A stretch of 64,000 nt of DNA from an uncultured delta proteobacterium (GTDB lineage Bacteria > Desulfobacterota > Desulfuromonadia > Geobacterales > Pseudopelobacteraceae), in NCBI GenBank assembly GCA_963772835.1, contig CAVYYZ010000005.1, positions 96,001 to 160,000 on the forward strand, given 5' to 3'. A program made the position numbers and the translations under genes. Below are positions 53,012 to 62,843 of this stretch, one piece after another; the first letter of the stretch is position 1; the number at the start of each line of letters is the position of its first letter. The notes under the pieces are model-generated. The model was not told the DNA's origin, made no database searches, and was given only the letters and a program-made list of their open reading frames with translations.

Positions 53012-53551
53012 TCAATCCTGAGGAGGAGCTCTGCCGGTTCTTATCACATATTCAATATCTTCCTTTTTTTTGGCAATACTTTCTGCGCAATAAGTCCATA
53101 TCCGGTAGCTTTCTACACCAAGTATTGTGATCCCGGAGCCGAGCACCGCCCAGTAATTATCTTCAAGGTTATTGCCAAAATAGTAAAAGAGAAAAAAGGC
53201 CGTCAGAAAACCGACATGGCTGAAACTGCTCAGATGTTCAATGCCGGATGTCATACGGGACAAACTGAGAATAATTGCTGAAAAAGTATACACTATGAGT
53301 ACTATACTGATAATTCTGGCAGGTGGCGGTTTGCCGAGAAACACGTTGACCGTATCAGGCACCGGAAGAAAGGGAAACCCCCACCAGGCGAGTACGCAGA
53401 CCACCAGAAAGAGCGAAAGTGCCAGGACACCCCGGGTGGAAAATCGTTTCAGTCGCTTTATTTCACGGCCTAATTCATGTCGAATGGTGTCAGCACAATC
53501 TCTGCTTTCCGTGATATCACCCGACAGTTGATCTCCACTCATGTCTGCCAT
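53012..53551 (-). CDS. cbcE: Four-TM membrane protein, last gene of the cbc5-type cluster
   Basis: Four hydrophobic segments; symbol assigned from position in the Geobacter cbcABCDE gene order. Confidence 0.65.
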   Translation of the reverse strand: MADMSGDQLSGDITESRDCADTIRHELGREIKRLKRFSTRGVLALSLFLVVCVLAWWGFPFLPVPDTVNVFLGKPPPARIISIVLIVYTFSAIILSLSRMTSGIEHLSSFSHVGFLTAFFLFYYFGNNLEDNYWAVLGSGITILGVESYRIWTYCAESIAKKKEDIEYVIRTGRAPPQD

Positions 53552-53568
53552 GCAATCCCCGATACCAG

Positions 53569-54393
53569 TTACAAATCCTCTGATTTTTCAGAATTCTGTT
53601 TCTTAACGGCAAAGTTCTTTTTTTCGCGGTAGTACTCTGAGGCAATCATGTCAAGATCATGGGGCAGATGCGGCGGGGGTAGCAGAATATCGTTATTTAT
53701 TGAAGAAGACTCCACATACTTCCGCAAGCGCCGGATCGGGAGGAAAACATTTCTCCTCAGCAATGCCGTAACTCCTCCAATTGTAAGGATGAGGCTCATC
53801 AATGAAAAGATTGCCATCTGAATGCGCAGCATTGCAAGAGAGCTATCATGTTCCGCCCGCGACAGTCCAATATCCAATGTACCCAGAACCTTCTGGGCGG
53901 CAGGATGAACATGGCATGCCGCGGCTGAGCAGTCCGGTTCATTATAGATGGGTGCGGTAATCGCCATTACACCCATACCATCCGGTTTTCTGAACGTACG
54001 GGCCTGCTGCATTGTCCCCAGACTGGTTACAGGGGTTGCACCTTTGTGACAGACTATGCACCCTTCTGCAAACTTATCAACCTGGCTGTTTATCTCACCC
54101 GAATTGGCCGAAAAGGTCACAACACCTTTTTTATTGAAAATTCTGACATGATCGACCCCTTTTTGTTCGCCCACGTTTCGTATGATTGTTGCCAGCGTTT
54201 CACGGTCAGACTTGTGCATTGCATAGCGGGTGGACTTGAGGAGGATATCGGCAAGATTAGTGGCATGAACTATCTCTCCTCGATGGAGATCTTCACGGAT
54301 TACCGAGTACAGTATCAAACAGCAGACCACCATAAAACCGGTTACTGCGAGCCCGACCGGCACCAGCGCTTTTCCCGCAAGAGTAGCAAACAT
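53569..54393 (-). CDS. cbcD: Membrane-anchored heme-motif sensor-domain protein without kinase domain
   Basis: TM-periplasmic-TM-degenerate HAMP; CIVCH and CSAAACHVH; GGAGG RBS before ATG 54393. Confidence 0.7.
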   Translation of the reverse strand: MFATLAGKALVPVGLAVTGFMVVCCLILYSVIREDLHRGEIVHATNLADILLKSTRYAMHKSDRETLATIIRNVGEQKGVDHVRIFNKKGVVTFSANSGEINSQVDKFAEGCIVCHKGATPVTSLGTMQQARTFRKPDGMGVMAITAPIYNEPDCSAAACHVHPAAQKVLGTLDIGLSRAEHDSSLAMLRIQMAIFSLMSLILTIGGVTALLRRNVFLPIRRLRKYVESSSINNDILLPPPHLPHDLDMIASEYYREKKNFAVKKQNSEKSEDL

Positions 54394-54430
54394 ATTATTC
54401 CTCCGCACTCCCGGACATATTCACTTTCAT

Positions 54431-55420
54431 CTACATTTTGTGACACGATTTGCATGTATCTGTAACAGTGAAAGCGGTTTTCCCATCATGGCATCCGCCG
54501 CAGGATTTCCCCTTTTCCATTTCTCCCATCGTAATTTTTACAGGGTCGCGGAGCGTTTTATAGAGGGACGCATGACAGTCACTGCACGTGTACAGACCAA
54601 TGTGGAATGTATGACTGAACATAACGTTGCCGGTGCTCTTCTCTTCAAACAGCAGTTCTCGTACCGGGTGACATTTTGAACACTCTTTCACAGAAAAGGC
54701 CAGTTTGGCATTGTGGCACGCGCCGCATGATGCCCCCTTCGCCATGGCTGCCATCCCTGCACGTTTGTTCTTTTGATTAGGAGCATACAGCTTCGGATGA
54801 CATGCGCCGCATTGTACCGCGGCCAGGTGAGCCGTATGACTGAAATTGGTGGGGCCGGTTTCTTTCACCTGATAGGTAATTTCCTTGACCGGGTGACATC
54901 TGACACACGTTTCAACGCCGAATGCTTTTTTACTGTTGTGACACGCACCGCAGGATTTTCCCTTTTCCATATCAGCCATAGTGAAACGCGTAGAGGAATT
55001 TGTGGTAAACAGTGTGGGATGACATGCCCCGCAATCTGCTGAAACGGCGAGATGAGATGTATGACTGAAGCCGGTAGGTCCTGTGGCCTTCACTTTAAAC
55101 ACAATATCTCTGGTCTGATGGCATCGACCGCATTCTGCGAGAGAAAATGCCTTATTTCCCGTATGGCATGCGCCGCACGAACGACCCTTTGCCATCTCTG
55201 CCATGGTAAAGCGCTTCTTCTTTTTTAAATCGTAAATGGCATCGTGACAGGCCCGACAGTTTTTACTCATCCCTTTCGTGTTTATATGGTCCCCATGGCT
55301 GAATATCACTGTGCCGGATTTTTTTGGATGATAAACCACATCCCGTATACTGACTGCAAACCCTGGACTTTGCACCAGAAGGAGTAATGTAAGGATAGTG
55401 AGGACGATGCGGCATTTCAT
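54431..55420 (-). CDS. cbcC: Periplasmic dodecaheme cytochrome c (four c7-type domains)
   Basis: Signal peptide; 12 CXXCH in four repeats of FSH..H..CxxCH..M..M..G.SCGxCH..CxxCH. Confidence 0.88.
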   Translation of the reverse strand: MKCRIVLTILTLLLLVQSPGFAVSIRDVVYHPKKSGTVIFSHGDHINTKGMSKNCRACHDAIYDLKKKKRFTMAEMAKGRSCGACHTGNKAFSLAECGRCHQTRDIVFKVKATGPTGFSHTSHLAVSADCGACHPTLFTTNSSTRFTMADMEKGKSCGACHNSKKAFGVETCVRCHPVKEITYQVKETGPTNFSHTAHLAAVQCGACHPKLYAPNQKNKRAGMAAMAKGASCGACHNAKLAFSVKECSKCHPVRELLFEEKSTGNVMFSHTFHIGLYTCSDCHASLYKTLRDPVKITMGEMEKGKSCGGCHDGKTAFTVTDTCKSCHKM

Positions 55421-55513
55421 AGAAATTCTCCTGTGCGTTTATTGCTCCGTTTCAGAAACCATCAGTTTTTCACCAGGGATTTCCGGATGAAATTACTGTG
55501 CTCAGATGGACCG

Positions 55514-56179
55514 TTACCTGCTGAGTGTTTTTTCAGGACTGCTGTCTTCGACCTCTTCCTCCTCCCACCCGTTCCACATCGGCTTAAAATGAGACAGGGG
55601 AGTATGACCGAGAGTTGCCAGATAGATATGTACAAAAAGAAACGCGGTAAAACAGCAGGCAAGGAGAAAATGCGTCCCGACCAGCATTTTTATACCTCCA
55701 AGCAGGAGAAGCAGCTCTCGCAGCGGGGCAACATACATGAGGAGCACGCCGCTGAATATAACCAGCGGCAACAGAATAAACATAATAACCAGGTATGTGG
55801 CCTTCTGCATCGGATTAAACTTGCTTTCAGGGGTACTGTGGTGCGGATTCGGTTTTCCAACAAAGTAGGTAAGTAAATAGAAGTACGCCTGACGGAAAAT
55901 GCCTGACGTAAGATCTTCAAGTGTCGGAACGTACAGTTTTATCAGACTTCGCGCCACGACCAGGTAGTACACCAGCCAGAGTGTATAGGAGATGGAAACA
56001 ACCATTCCGGCAGTATTATGCAGGCGGATTGCGGCTTTATAGGCTCCGAAAATGTTTATGTAATCGGGAAAGCGTATCTGAAGACCGGTCACGCAGAGGG
56101 TAACGATTCCGAAGGCATTCAGCCAGTGCCAGATTCTGACTGGCAGGGGGGTAACGTATACCATCTCATTATGCTTCAT
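55514..56179 (-). CDS. cbcB: Di-heme cytochrome b subunit (FdnI/Ni-hydrogenase cytochrome b family)
   Basis: [31 protein letters not shown]. Confidence 0.88.
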   Translation of the reverse strand: MKHNEMVYVTPLPVRIWHWLNAFGIVTLCVTGLQIRFPDYINIFGAYKAAIRLHNTAGMVVSISYTLWLVYYLVVARSLIKLYVPTLEDLTSGIFRQAYFYLLTYFVGKPNPHHSTPESKFNPMQKATYLVIMFILLPLVIFSGVLLMYVAPLRELLLLLGGIKMLVGTHFLLACCFTAFLFVHIYLATLGHTPLSHFKPMWNGWEEEEVEDSSPEKTLSR

Positions 56180-57230
56180 GATCATGCTCCTTTCTGTTCT
56201 TTCTGGTCAGAAATCGTAAGAAACCGTGAAACACCGGAAAGGACAGACCTGCCGCAACAATCAACGCACCGACAATATTGAGCGGAGTACTTCTTGTCGT
56301 GCCGAGCATGTAAAAATCGGGGGTCCCGTAAAGGATATCAAGAATTGCCCCTTTTTCTACGGCCACCCTGGTGTACCCACCGGTTTTCTCCGGAAATGCC
56401 ACAAAACTTCTCTGCATGGCTTTTGGCCCGGATGCGTGACAGAAAGAACAGTCCCAGCGATTATCCAGAATCTGATAACTGTGGGTGACAATCTCCGGCG
56501 TCATCATACCCCACAGCCGCATATTCATGCTGCGAAGCCGGTGATTGAATGCCCTCAATTCTTTGAGAGAGACAAGTTTATCTCCATTCACATCAATGAT
56601 ACCACTTATCCCGCCCCCGTTAGAAAGTCCGGCAAGTTCATCATAGGTAGCCGTTTTAAAAGCTCCTTTCGAGCCTGGCATGCGGCTTTCAATTGACATC
56701 GTTATGACATAATCCTTCGAACCGGTATGACAGGTAATACAAAGCAGCGAATCTATATGCAGGTCGGCCTGGGGAAGCCATTTAGAGTGAGTTTTAATGG
56801 TTTTTCGTGTGTCATGGCATTTCGCGCACGTGCTGTTGATGTCGTCGCCGGACATAAACATCGGCAGCCGGACCTCATGCGGGTTGTGACAACCGTTGCA
56901 GCCGGCTTTTGATGCATGGAGACTTTTCGCATATTCGGCATAAACAGGACTGTGGCACTCTCCGCACGTCGCTTTTGGCGGTATATACCCATCCCCCGGA
57001 TGACCGGATGAAACACGGTCATGACAAGACGTACAGCCGACAATTGAATGTGTGGTGGCACCGAACTTCACCGGGTCAATATAGGCATTCACTCCTGGAA
57101 CGGTCTTGATTCCAACCCGACCATGGCAGTTCATACACTTTTCATTTTCAGGAGCAACAGCCGACACGGCGACGGTTGAAAGCATCAAAACAGCCAGAAG
57201 CATCCATATGGTGCTGATACACGCTTTCAT
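56169..57230 (-). CDS. cbcA: Heptaheme cytochrome c with C-terminal TM anchor
   Basis: Signal peptide from ATG 57230 (GGGAG RBS); 7 CXXCH; C-terminal TM ending VFHGFLR; overlaps the cbcB start. Confidence 0.88.
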   Translation of the reverse strand: MKACISTIWMLLAVLMLSTVAVSAVAPENEKCMNCHGRVGIKTVPGVNAYIDPVKFGATTHSIVGCTSCHDRVSSGHPGDGYIPPKATCGECHSPVYAEYAKSLHASKAGCNGCHNPHEVRLPMFMSGDDINSTCAKCHDTRKTIKTHSKWLPQADLHIDSLLCITCHTGSKDYVITMSIESRMPGSKGAFKTATYDELAGLSNGGGISGIIDVNGDKLVSLKELRAFNHRLRSMNMRLWGMMTPEIVTHSYQILDNRWDCSFCHASGPKAMQRSFVAFPEKTGGYTRVAVEKGAILDILYGTPDFYMLGTTRSTPLNIVGALIVAAGLSFPVFHGFLRFLTRKNRKEHDHEA

Positions 57231-57459
57231 AGTTTCGACTCCCTGTCCAATCCTGCGTAAATTCAAATAGTGGCAATTGACATTTCGCAACCGACCACAT
57301 CTTTGTAGCACTCTTTTGTGAACATACAAGTCCAGTATAAAAAATACTCATGTAACACTACCGGTTCCTCAAAAAAAGAGACATTTCAGGAATACACCCG
57401 TTTGACATGTGTGAAATATTTGGTAGCTTTTATTAAATGGACGCAGAAGAGGACACCCT

Positions 57460-58869
57460 ATGAAAAACAGCAGACTTCTTGTAGTTGATGACGAGGCGGT
57501 AATAAGGGATGGCCTGAAACGAATTCTCGAGAAAGAGTCATTCGTTGTTGAAACCTGTTCCAGCGGGTACAGCGCCATCGAGGCCATGCAAAAACTCGAC
57601 TTCGACCTCATTATAACTGATCTGAAAATGCCCGGGATGAGCGGCATCGAGGTGCTGAAAAGTGTCAGGACACTGCAACCTCATATTCCGGTAATTCTGA
57701 TAACAGGCTATGCTTCTGTTGATACGGCAGTGGAAGCCATGAAGCAGGGTGCGGCCGATTACGTATCAAAGCCTTTCATACCTGACCTGCTTCTGGAAAA
57801 GGTTCATAACGCCCTCCGTCACAACAGTACGCCTCTGGATGATATCTGCTTTAAAGAAGAGGTCAGCCGGCATCATGGTTTTCATCAGTTTATCGGCGAA
57901 AGCAAAGAGATGCAGAAAGTCTACCATCGGATCATGCTTGTCGCCGCCACCAACAGCACAGTGCTCATCACCGGGGAAAGCGGTACCGGCAAGGAACTCG
58001 CTGCCCGCGCAATTCACGACAACAGTCCCCGGAGAGAGAACCCTTTTGTTGCGGTGGATTGTTCTTCCCTGGCAGAAACGCTCCTTGAGAGTGAACTGTT
58101 CGGGCATGTCAAAGGATCATTTACCGGCGCGATCCAGACAAAAACCGGTCTGTTCAAGATAGCCGACGGCGGGACTCTTTTTCTTGATGAAGTTTCAAAC
58201 ATCAGTCTGTCGACTCAGGCAAAACTGCTGCGGGCTCTGCAGGAACGTAAGATCACCCCGATCGGCGGCACACAGCTGGTACCTATTGATATACATCTCG
58301 TTGCCGCAACAAACAAAAATCTTAAACTTTTGGCACATGACGGATTGTTCCGGGAGGACCTCTTCTTTCGCCTCAATATAATTCCGATCGAACTCCCGCC
58401 GCTACGCGAACGAAGACTCGATATTCCGGTTCTGATCCGCCATTTCCTCAAAAAATACACTACCGAGATTGGCAAAGAGATCAGGGGAGTTGCACCGGAT
58501 GTGATGTCATTTCTCGAACAGTACGAGTATCCGGGCAATGTACGGGAACTGGAAAACATGATTGAACGGGCGGTGGTACTGGCGGAAGGGGATGTCATAC
58601 GAAATGAGGATCTGGAACTGTGGGACAATACTGATGCTGTTTCATCCGGATTTATCGAGAAGGTACCCTGGAACGCGGAAGAGCTTAAGGAGATGAAACG
58701 GCATATTCGTGATCATGCCATGGATTCACTTGAGAGCATGTTCGTACGTAATGCCCTTGAACGTAACGGTTGGAATGTCACCAGAGCGGCTGAAGAGACC
58801 GGCATCCTCCGGCCTAATTTCCAGAGCATGATGAAAAAACTGGGGATTTCGGCGAAAGGAGAACATTGA
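57460..58869 (+). CDS. bccR: sigma-54-dependent response regulator (BccR-like), divergent from cbcA
   Basis: REC, GESGTGKE, GSFTGA, FLDEV, HTH; symbol assigned from adjacency to cbcBA, not from alignment. Confidence 0.75.
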   Translation: MKNSRLLVVDDEAVIRDGLKRILEKESFVVETCSSGYSAIEAMQKLDFDLIITDLKMPGMSGIEVLKSVRTLQPHIPVILITGYASVDTAVEAMKQGAADYVSKPFIPDLLLEKVHNALRHNSTPLDDICFKEEVSRHHGFHQFIGESKEMQKVYHRIMLVAATNSTVLITGESGTGKELAARAIHDNSPRRENPFVAVDCSSLAETLLESELFGHVKGSFTGAIQTKTGLFKIADGGTLFLDEVSNISLSTQAKLLRALQERKITPIGGTQLVPIDIHLVAATNKNLKLLAHDGLFREDLFFRLNIIPIELPPLRERRLDIPVLIRHFLKKYTTEIGKEIRGVAPDVMSFLEQYEYPGNVRELENMIERAVVLAEGDVIRNEDLELWDNTDAVSSGFIEKVPWNAEELKEMKRHIRDHAMDSLESMFVRNALERNGWNVTRAAEETGILRPNFQSMMKKLGISAKGEH

Positions 58870-58882
58870 CTTTTTGAGGACG

Positions 58883-60442
58883 TCATCCCGACACAGTGAG
58901 CATGACAGTAAATGCGGCCCACTCACCGACACGACTCTTTACCTCGATTCTCCCGCCATTGCTTTCAATTATACCGTATGAAATTGACAGCCCAAGCCCT
59001 GTACCTTCAGGCTTTGTCGTAAAGAACGGATCGAAAATCCTGGGAAGGTCATCTGCCGGTATTCCAACACCGCTATCTTTTATTTCTGCACAGACATATC
59101 GCCCGTCTTCCGATCCGTACGTGGATATTTCCAGCTTCCCTCCCCGGGGCATCGCATGGCCTGCATTAATAACCAGGTTCATGAATACCTGCCGGATCTG
59201 GCCGGGATCAACAGATACCAGCGGCAGACCGGTGCAGTAATTTTTTATGATTTCGATTTCATTAAAATCCGGTTGTTGATGAAAAAAAGTGGCCACTTCG
59301 TCGAGAATTGTTTCAAGGGCAATAGTCTCCTTTTCCGGCAGCGATTCCCGGCTGAATTCAAGCAGCTCTTTCACAATTCCTGCGCACCTCTGCGTTTCAG
59401 AAATCACCTTCTCAACGTCAGGTATCAGGGCCGGATCCAGACGTTTATCGTTGTTCATGATAGAAGCATACAAAAGAATTCCCGTTAACGGGTTGTTTAT
59501 CTCGTGTGCCACCCCGGCCGCAAGAGTGCCGAGTGATGCCAGTTTCTCCGAGCGGCGTAACTGCTCCTCCATTCGCATTATTTCACGGCTTCGTTCTGCC
59601 ACCTTGTTTTCAAGACTGTCACCCCACCCCTTCAACTCTTTTTCTGCTCTGCCAAGACTTTCAGTCATTCGGTTGATTGATTCCGACAGCTCCCCAAGCT
59701 CATCCCTGCTGGACACGGGAACTCTTGATTCCAGATCCCCCGAAGCGACCAGAGCACTGTGCCGGACAAGTCTCTGCACCGGGATATCGACCAGATAGTG
59801 TATGAGAATGGTTACCAGCATTCCGATCAATAAAAGGAGAATACAGGCCATCATGACAAATTCAAGACGGTATTCATGAGATTTCTTCCGAAGCATTTCC
59901 AGGGAAATTGAAATATCAAGGAGCCCCAAAACGGTGTCATTCCTTCCATGAAAATGGCAGGATGCTGCTACACAGGCCGGTTGACTGTAAATCGCCTTGG
60001 TAAAACCGAGCGCTTCTTTCCCGGAGCGGGTATGTATGATCCTGCTGCGGTTCATTGAATCTGTCGATATACCGGAACCTACTGAACTGTGGCACATAAT
60101 ACATTCATCAGCATGTTTGCCGACAACGGAACCGATTTCTCCTGTTATATTTGAAAAGACCACTTTCCCTTTTTGATCTATCAACCGTATATGCTCGATA
60201 TTCTGACTTTTTGAAACTCTCCCGATCATGTGATAGAGAGCGGTTTTATCATTGGTCATCATGGCGTCATAAGCGCTCTGATTAATGACATCGGCAACGT
60301 CTTCCGCATTTGAAACGGCGTAATCAATCATTACCTTGCGAAAGTTTTTCAGATTGATGTTATCCAGCAATCCCATAAAAACAATCAGGATCAGCGAAGT
60401 GGCAAAGGTGAGTTTTACAATGAGAGAAATGTGCACATTCAT
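58883..60442 (-). CDS. Sensor histidine kinase with periplasmic heme-binding motifs and HAMP
   Basis: CIMCH, CVAASCHFH, DELGEL, GVAHEINNP, FFTTKPEGTGLGL. Confidence 0.93.
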   Translation of the reverse strand: MNVHISLIVKLTFATSLILIVFMGLLDNINLKNFRKVMIDYAVSNAEDVADVINQSAYDAMMTNDKTALYHMIGRVSKSQNIEHIRLIDQKGKVVFSNITGEIGSVVGKHADECIMCHSSVGSGISTDSMNRSRIIHTRSGKEALGFTKAIYSQPACVAASCHFHGRNDTVLGLLDISISLEMLRKKSHEYRLEFVMMACILLLLIGMLVTILIHYLVDIPVQRLVRHSALVASGDLESRVPVSSRDELGELSESINRMTESLGRAEKELKGWGDSLENKVAERSREIMRMEEQLRRSEKLASLGTLAAGVAHEINNPLTGILLYASIMNNDKRLDPALIPDVEKVISETQRCAGIVKELLEFSRESLPEKETIALETILDEVATFFHQQPDFNEIEIIKNYCTGLPLVSVDPGQIRQVFMNLVINAGHAMPRGGKLEISTYGSEDGRYVCAEIKDSGVGIPADDLPRIFDPFFTTKPEGTGLGLSISYGIIESNGGRIEVKSRVGEWAAFTVMLTVSG

Positions 60443-60685
60443 GCAGAAAATTCCTTCTTAAATACAGTGACTATCGTTTTTCTAACATATACATTTCAAG
60501 CCCGTATGAAAGGGAATGCCCCCTCAATCAGGTGCACTGTTCAGTGCACAGGAGAGTTGTACCGTATAACGTATTCATACAGTTTTCCCCAACCGGAAAA
60601 AACACCCGCTGCAGCCCGCGCCATTACTGCTGCTAACCACCTTGAATAATGTCACTTATTTTTACCGGCACAGCGACCCGCCTAT

Positions 60686-60701
60686 TGGCATGTTCGATGC
60701 T
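60686..60701 (+). promoter_or_regulatory. Putative sigma-54 promoter
   Basis: TGGCAT-GTTCG-ATGCT, GG-N10-GC. Confidence 0.55.
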
Positions 60702-60813
60702 TTCCTATGAACAGGCAATGAATACATCGGTCCCGGAAATCCGGAATGTGTATGCGTTCCGGCGGCAACACCCGCACCCGGGCTGTATAATCGAATTACT
60801 GAAAGGGATGGCC

Positions 60814-61041
60814 ATGTGGCAACCGAATGAAAAAATATGCATTAAATTTCATATCGCAGGGTCTATAGCCACGCTTGTCTGCGGCTTCACAGTTATTTTT
60901 ATCTGCCTTGCGCCGGTATATTTTCCGGGCGCGTACCGATTACTGCTTGATGATCGCATCGGGATTATTATACCCTATCTTCTGTTTATTGCTCTCGGAG
61001 AGTCGATTTTTTCTATCTGGTATTTTCTGTTCCGAAAATGA
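60814..61041 (+). CDS. Small two-TM hypothetical protein
   Basis: AAGGGA RBS; two hydrophobic segments; basic C-terminus. Confidence 0.55.
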   Translation: MWQPNEKICIKFHIAGSIATLVCGFTVIFICLAPVYFPGAYRLLLDDRIGIIIPYLLFIALGESIFSIWYFLFRK

Positions 61042-61067
61042 GAGCGCAACATAGCTGGAGTACATAC

Positions 61068-61388
61068 ATGGATACGATTCGGGACGAAGCGGTTGCATAC
61101 ATGAAAATCCTGAAAAAGGTTAGGCGAAGGCGCCTCTATTTTTTTGCCACTCTGCTCGCGTATATTCCTGCCGTATGGATTACCTATCAGATTTCTCCCG
61201 GGAACAGTACTATGGGAACACTGTTCGGGGTCTGGGTGGTCGTACTTATTTTTGTCACCTTTCTTGCCGCAGTATGCAGATGTCCCCGATGCGGAAACTT
61301 TTTCCATGTCCACGGCATGACCCTTCTGATTCTGCGTACATGCCTCCACTGTCAGCTTCATATAAATGCCGATAAAAGCACACATTGA
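61068..61388 (+). CDS. Two-TM protein with C-terminal zinc-ribbon-like motif
   Basis: GGAG RBS; CPRCG...CLHC. Confidence 0.7.
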   Translation: MDTIRDEAVAYMKILKKVRRRRLYFFATLLAYIPAVWITYQISPGNSTMGTLFGVWVVVLIFVTFLAAVCRCPRCGNFFHVHGMTLLILRTCLHCQLHINADKSTH

Positions 61389-61420
61389 AAAGGCCACCCT
61401 GAGGCGGCCTTTTCAATGTG
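61381..61420. terminator. Bidirectional terminator between convergent genes
   Basis: CACATTGAAAAGGCC / GGCCTTTTCAATGTG, perfect 15-bp arms. Confidence 0.85.
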
Positions 61421-61447
61421 AAATTATGTCCATCTTTCTCCTCCCTG

Positions 61448-61669
61448 TCATTTCTTGACCGGCGCCATTTCCTCTTTCACCACAGAGGTAATTCCCTTCG
61501 CCATACCGAACATCAACAGAATAGCCGGTATTACCTGCGCTACAACTATCAGCGCGCAAAATCCGAGAAAAACCCACACAAAAATTCCACTGCTGTCTTC
61601 ACGCACTCCTGCAGCTGCAAAAGCTGTCGCCGGAGCGATGACTCCCAATATCGTGGCTAAAACTCTCAT
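61448..61669 (-). CDS. Small membrane protein (signal-like segment plus TM)
   Basis: AAGGAGG RBS; APATAFAA..REDSSGIFVWVFLGFCALIVVAQVIPA. Confidence 0.8.
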   Translation of the reverse strand: MRVLATILGVIAPATAFAAAGVREDSSGIFVWVFLGFCALIVVAQVIPAILLMFGMAKGITSVVKEEMAPVKK

Positions 61670-61726
61670 GACATCCTCCTTTTTCTTTCAAATTTTGGAG
61701 TCGTTAACCGCTCCTGCAATTTTAAT

Positions 61727-61742
61727 TGCATAGCGGATGCCA
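61727..61742 (-). promoter_or_regulatory. sigma-54 promoter of the 73-aa membrane protein
   Basis: TGGCAT-CCGCT-ATGCA; AT-rich spacer; palindrome CTGTAT-N8-ATACAG at 61839-61858. Confidence 0.72.
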
Positions 61743-62080
61743 AGAAGCTTTAAAAAACAATAACTACCCGATGTTATACATATTTTTTAATAAAATGAGG
61801 ATTTTTTACGACAATGCAGTAGAAGACAATGCGGGATACTGTATGAAAAAAAATACAGAAAAACCCATGAGCTGATTAAAAATACAATTATTACAGATAT
61901 TTATACGCAAAGGCAGGGACATCCAGAGTGTATAAAACATGTATACCATGCGGCAGCGCAACCGGTTCTGTTACTTCAGGTATTCCATCACAATAAAATC
62001 ATACACGCACCCGGTCGCTGTCATCGTTGGTACAGGCCTCCCGTCAGGGCCCGCGTCGTACCCCGCAATGAACGGAATTA

Positions 62081-62284
62081 TCATCCGAGAGGAACCGGGA
62101 AACAGACATTATGCGGCAAATTAGCCTTTGCACCACATTTAGAGCACAAAATCGCCGGGTCAGAACTTAAATGATATACCTCATTCAGTAACCCCATATG
62201 CGACAGCCAACAGATATGCCCTCTATGCATTTCTCCGCAGCTGCACTCTGTTTCCGGGCTTTTTCCATCCAGTTGATCAGTCAT
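62081..62284 (-). CDS. Small Cys/His-rich putative metal-binding protein
   Basis: AAGGA RBS; CSC..HRGHIC...CSKCG...VCFP. Confidence 0.7.
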   Translation of the reverse strand: MTDQLDGKSPETECSCGEMHRGHICWLSHMGLLNEVYHLSSDPAILCSKCGAKANLPHNVCFPVPLG

Positions 62285-62341
62285 GACTTTCCTTTCGTTA
62301 TGCCCACTGGTAATTATGTTACTCAGGAGCACTCTGTCCTG

Positions 62342-62797
62342 TTATTTCTTACGTACGGACCGGGTCAACAATCGATCCAGCGACGATGCAAACCGTTGTC
62401 TGTCCATAAGACTTAATTGTGACGGGCCGCCCTGAGCAAAACCTTCGGCACGAAGTTCCGCCATCAACCCCCTCATGGCAAGTTTTTCTCCTACATTCTC
62501 CTCCGTATAGATTTCACCGCGCGGATCAAGTGCTGTCCCTCCATTGGCAACTATCCGCGCCGCCAGAGGTATATCTGCGGTGATCACCAGATCTTCAGCT
62601 GCAGCATGTTCGGCAATATAGTCATCGGCTATATCAAATCCGTCAGGGACAACAATAGATTCGATCAACCCGTTGTTGTGTTTGGACAGGCTTTTGTTTG
62701 CCACAAGCAGTACGGGCAGATCAAGACGCCCGGAAGCTCTAAAGAGTATTTCCTTGATTACGCGGGGGCAGGCATCGGCATCAATCCAAATTTTCAT
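62342..62797 (-). CDS. YaiI/YqxD (UPF0178) family protein
   Basis: [32 protein letters not shown]. Confidence 0.92.
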   Translation of the reverse strand: MKIWIDADACPRVIKEILFRASGRLDLPVLLVANKSLSKHNNGLIESIVVPDGFDIADDYIAEHAAAEDLVITADIPLAARIVANGGTALDPRGEIYTEENVGEKLAMRGLMAELRAEGFAQGGPSQLSLMDRQRFASSLDRLLTRSVRKK

Positions 62798-62843
62798 CGT
62801 ATTTCCAGATCCGGGCGCGCCTTTCAAAACGAAAAGGCCCCAT

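Noticed and set aside
57231..57459. sigma-54 promoter for cbcA
   Set aside because: No GG-N10-GC with correct spacing on the minus strand
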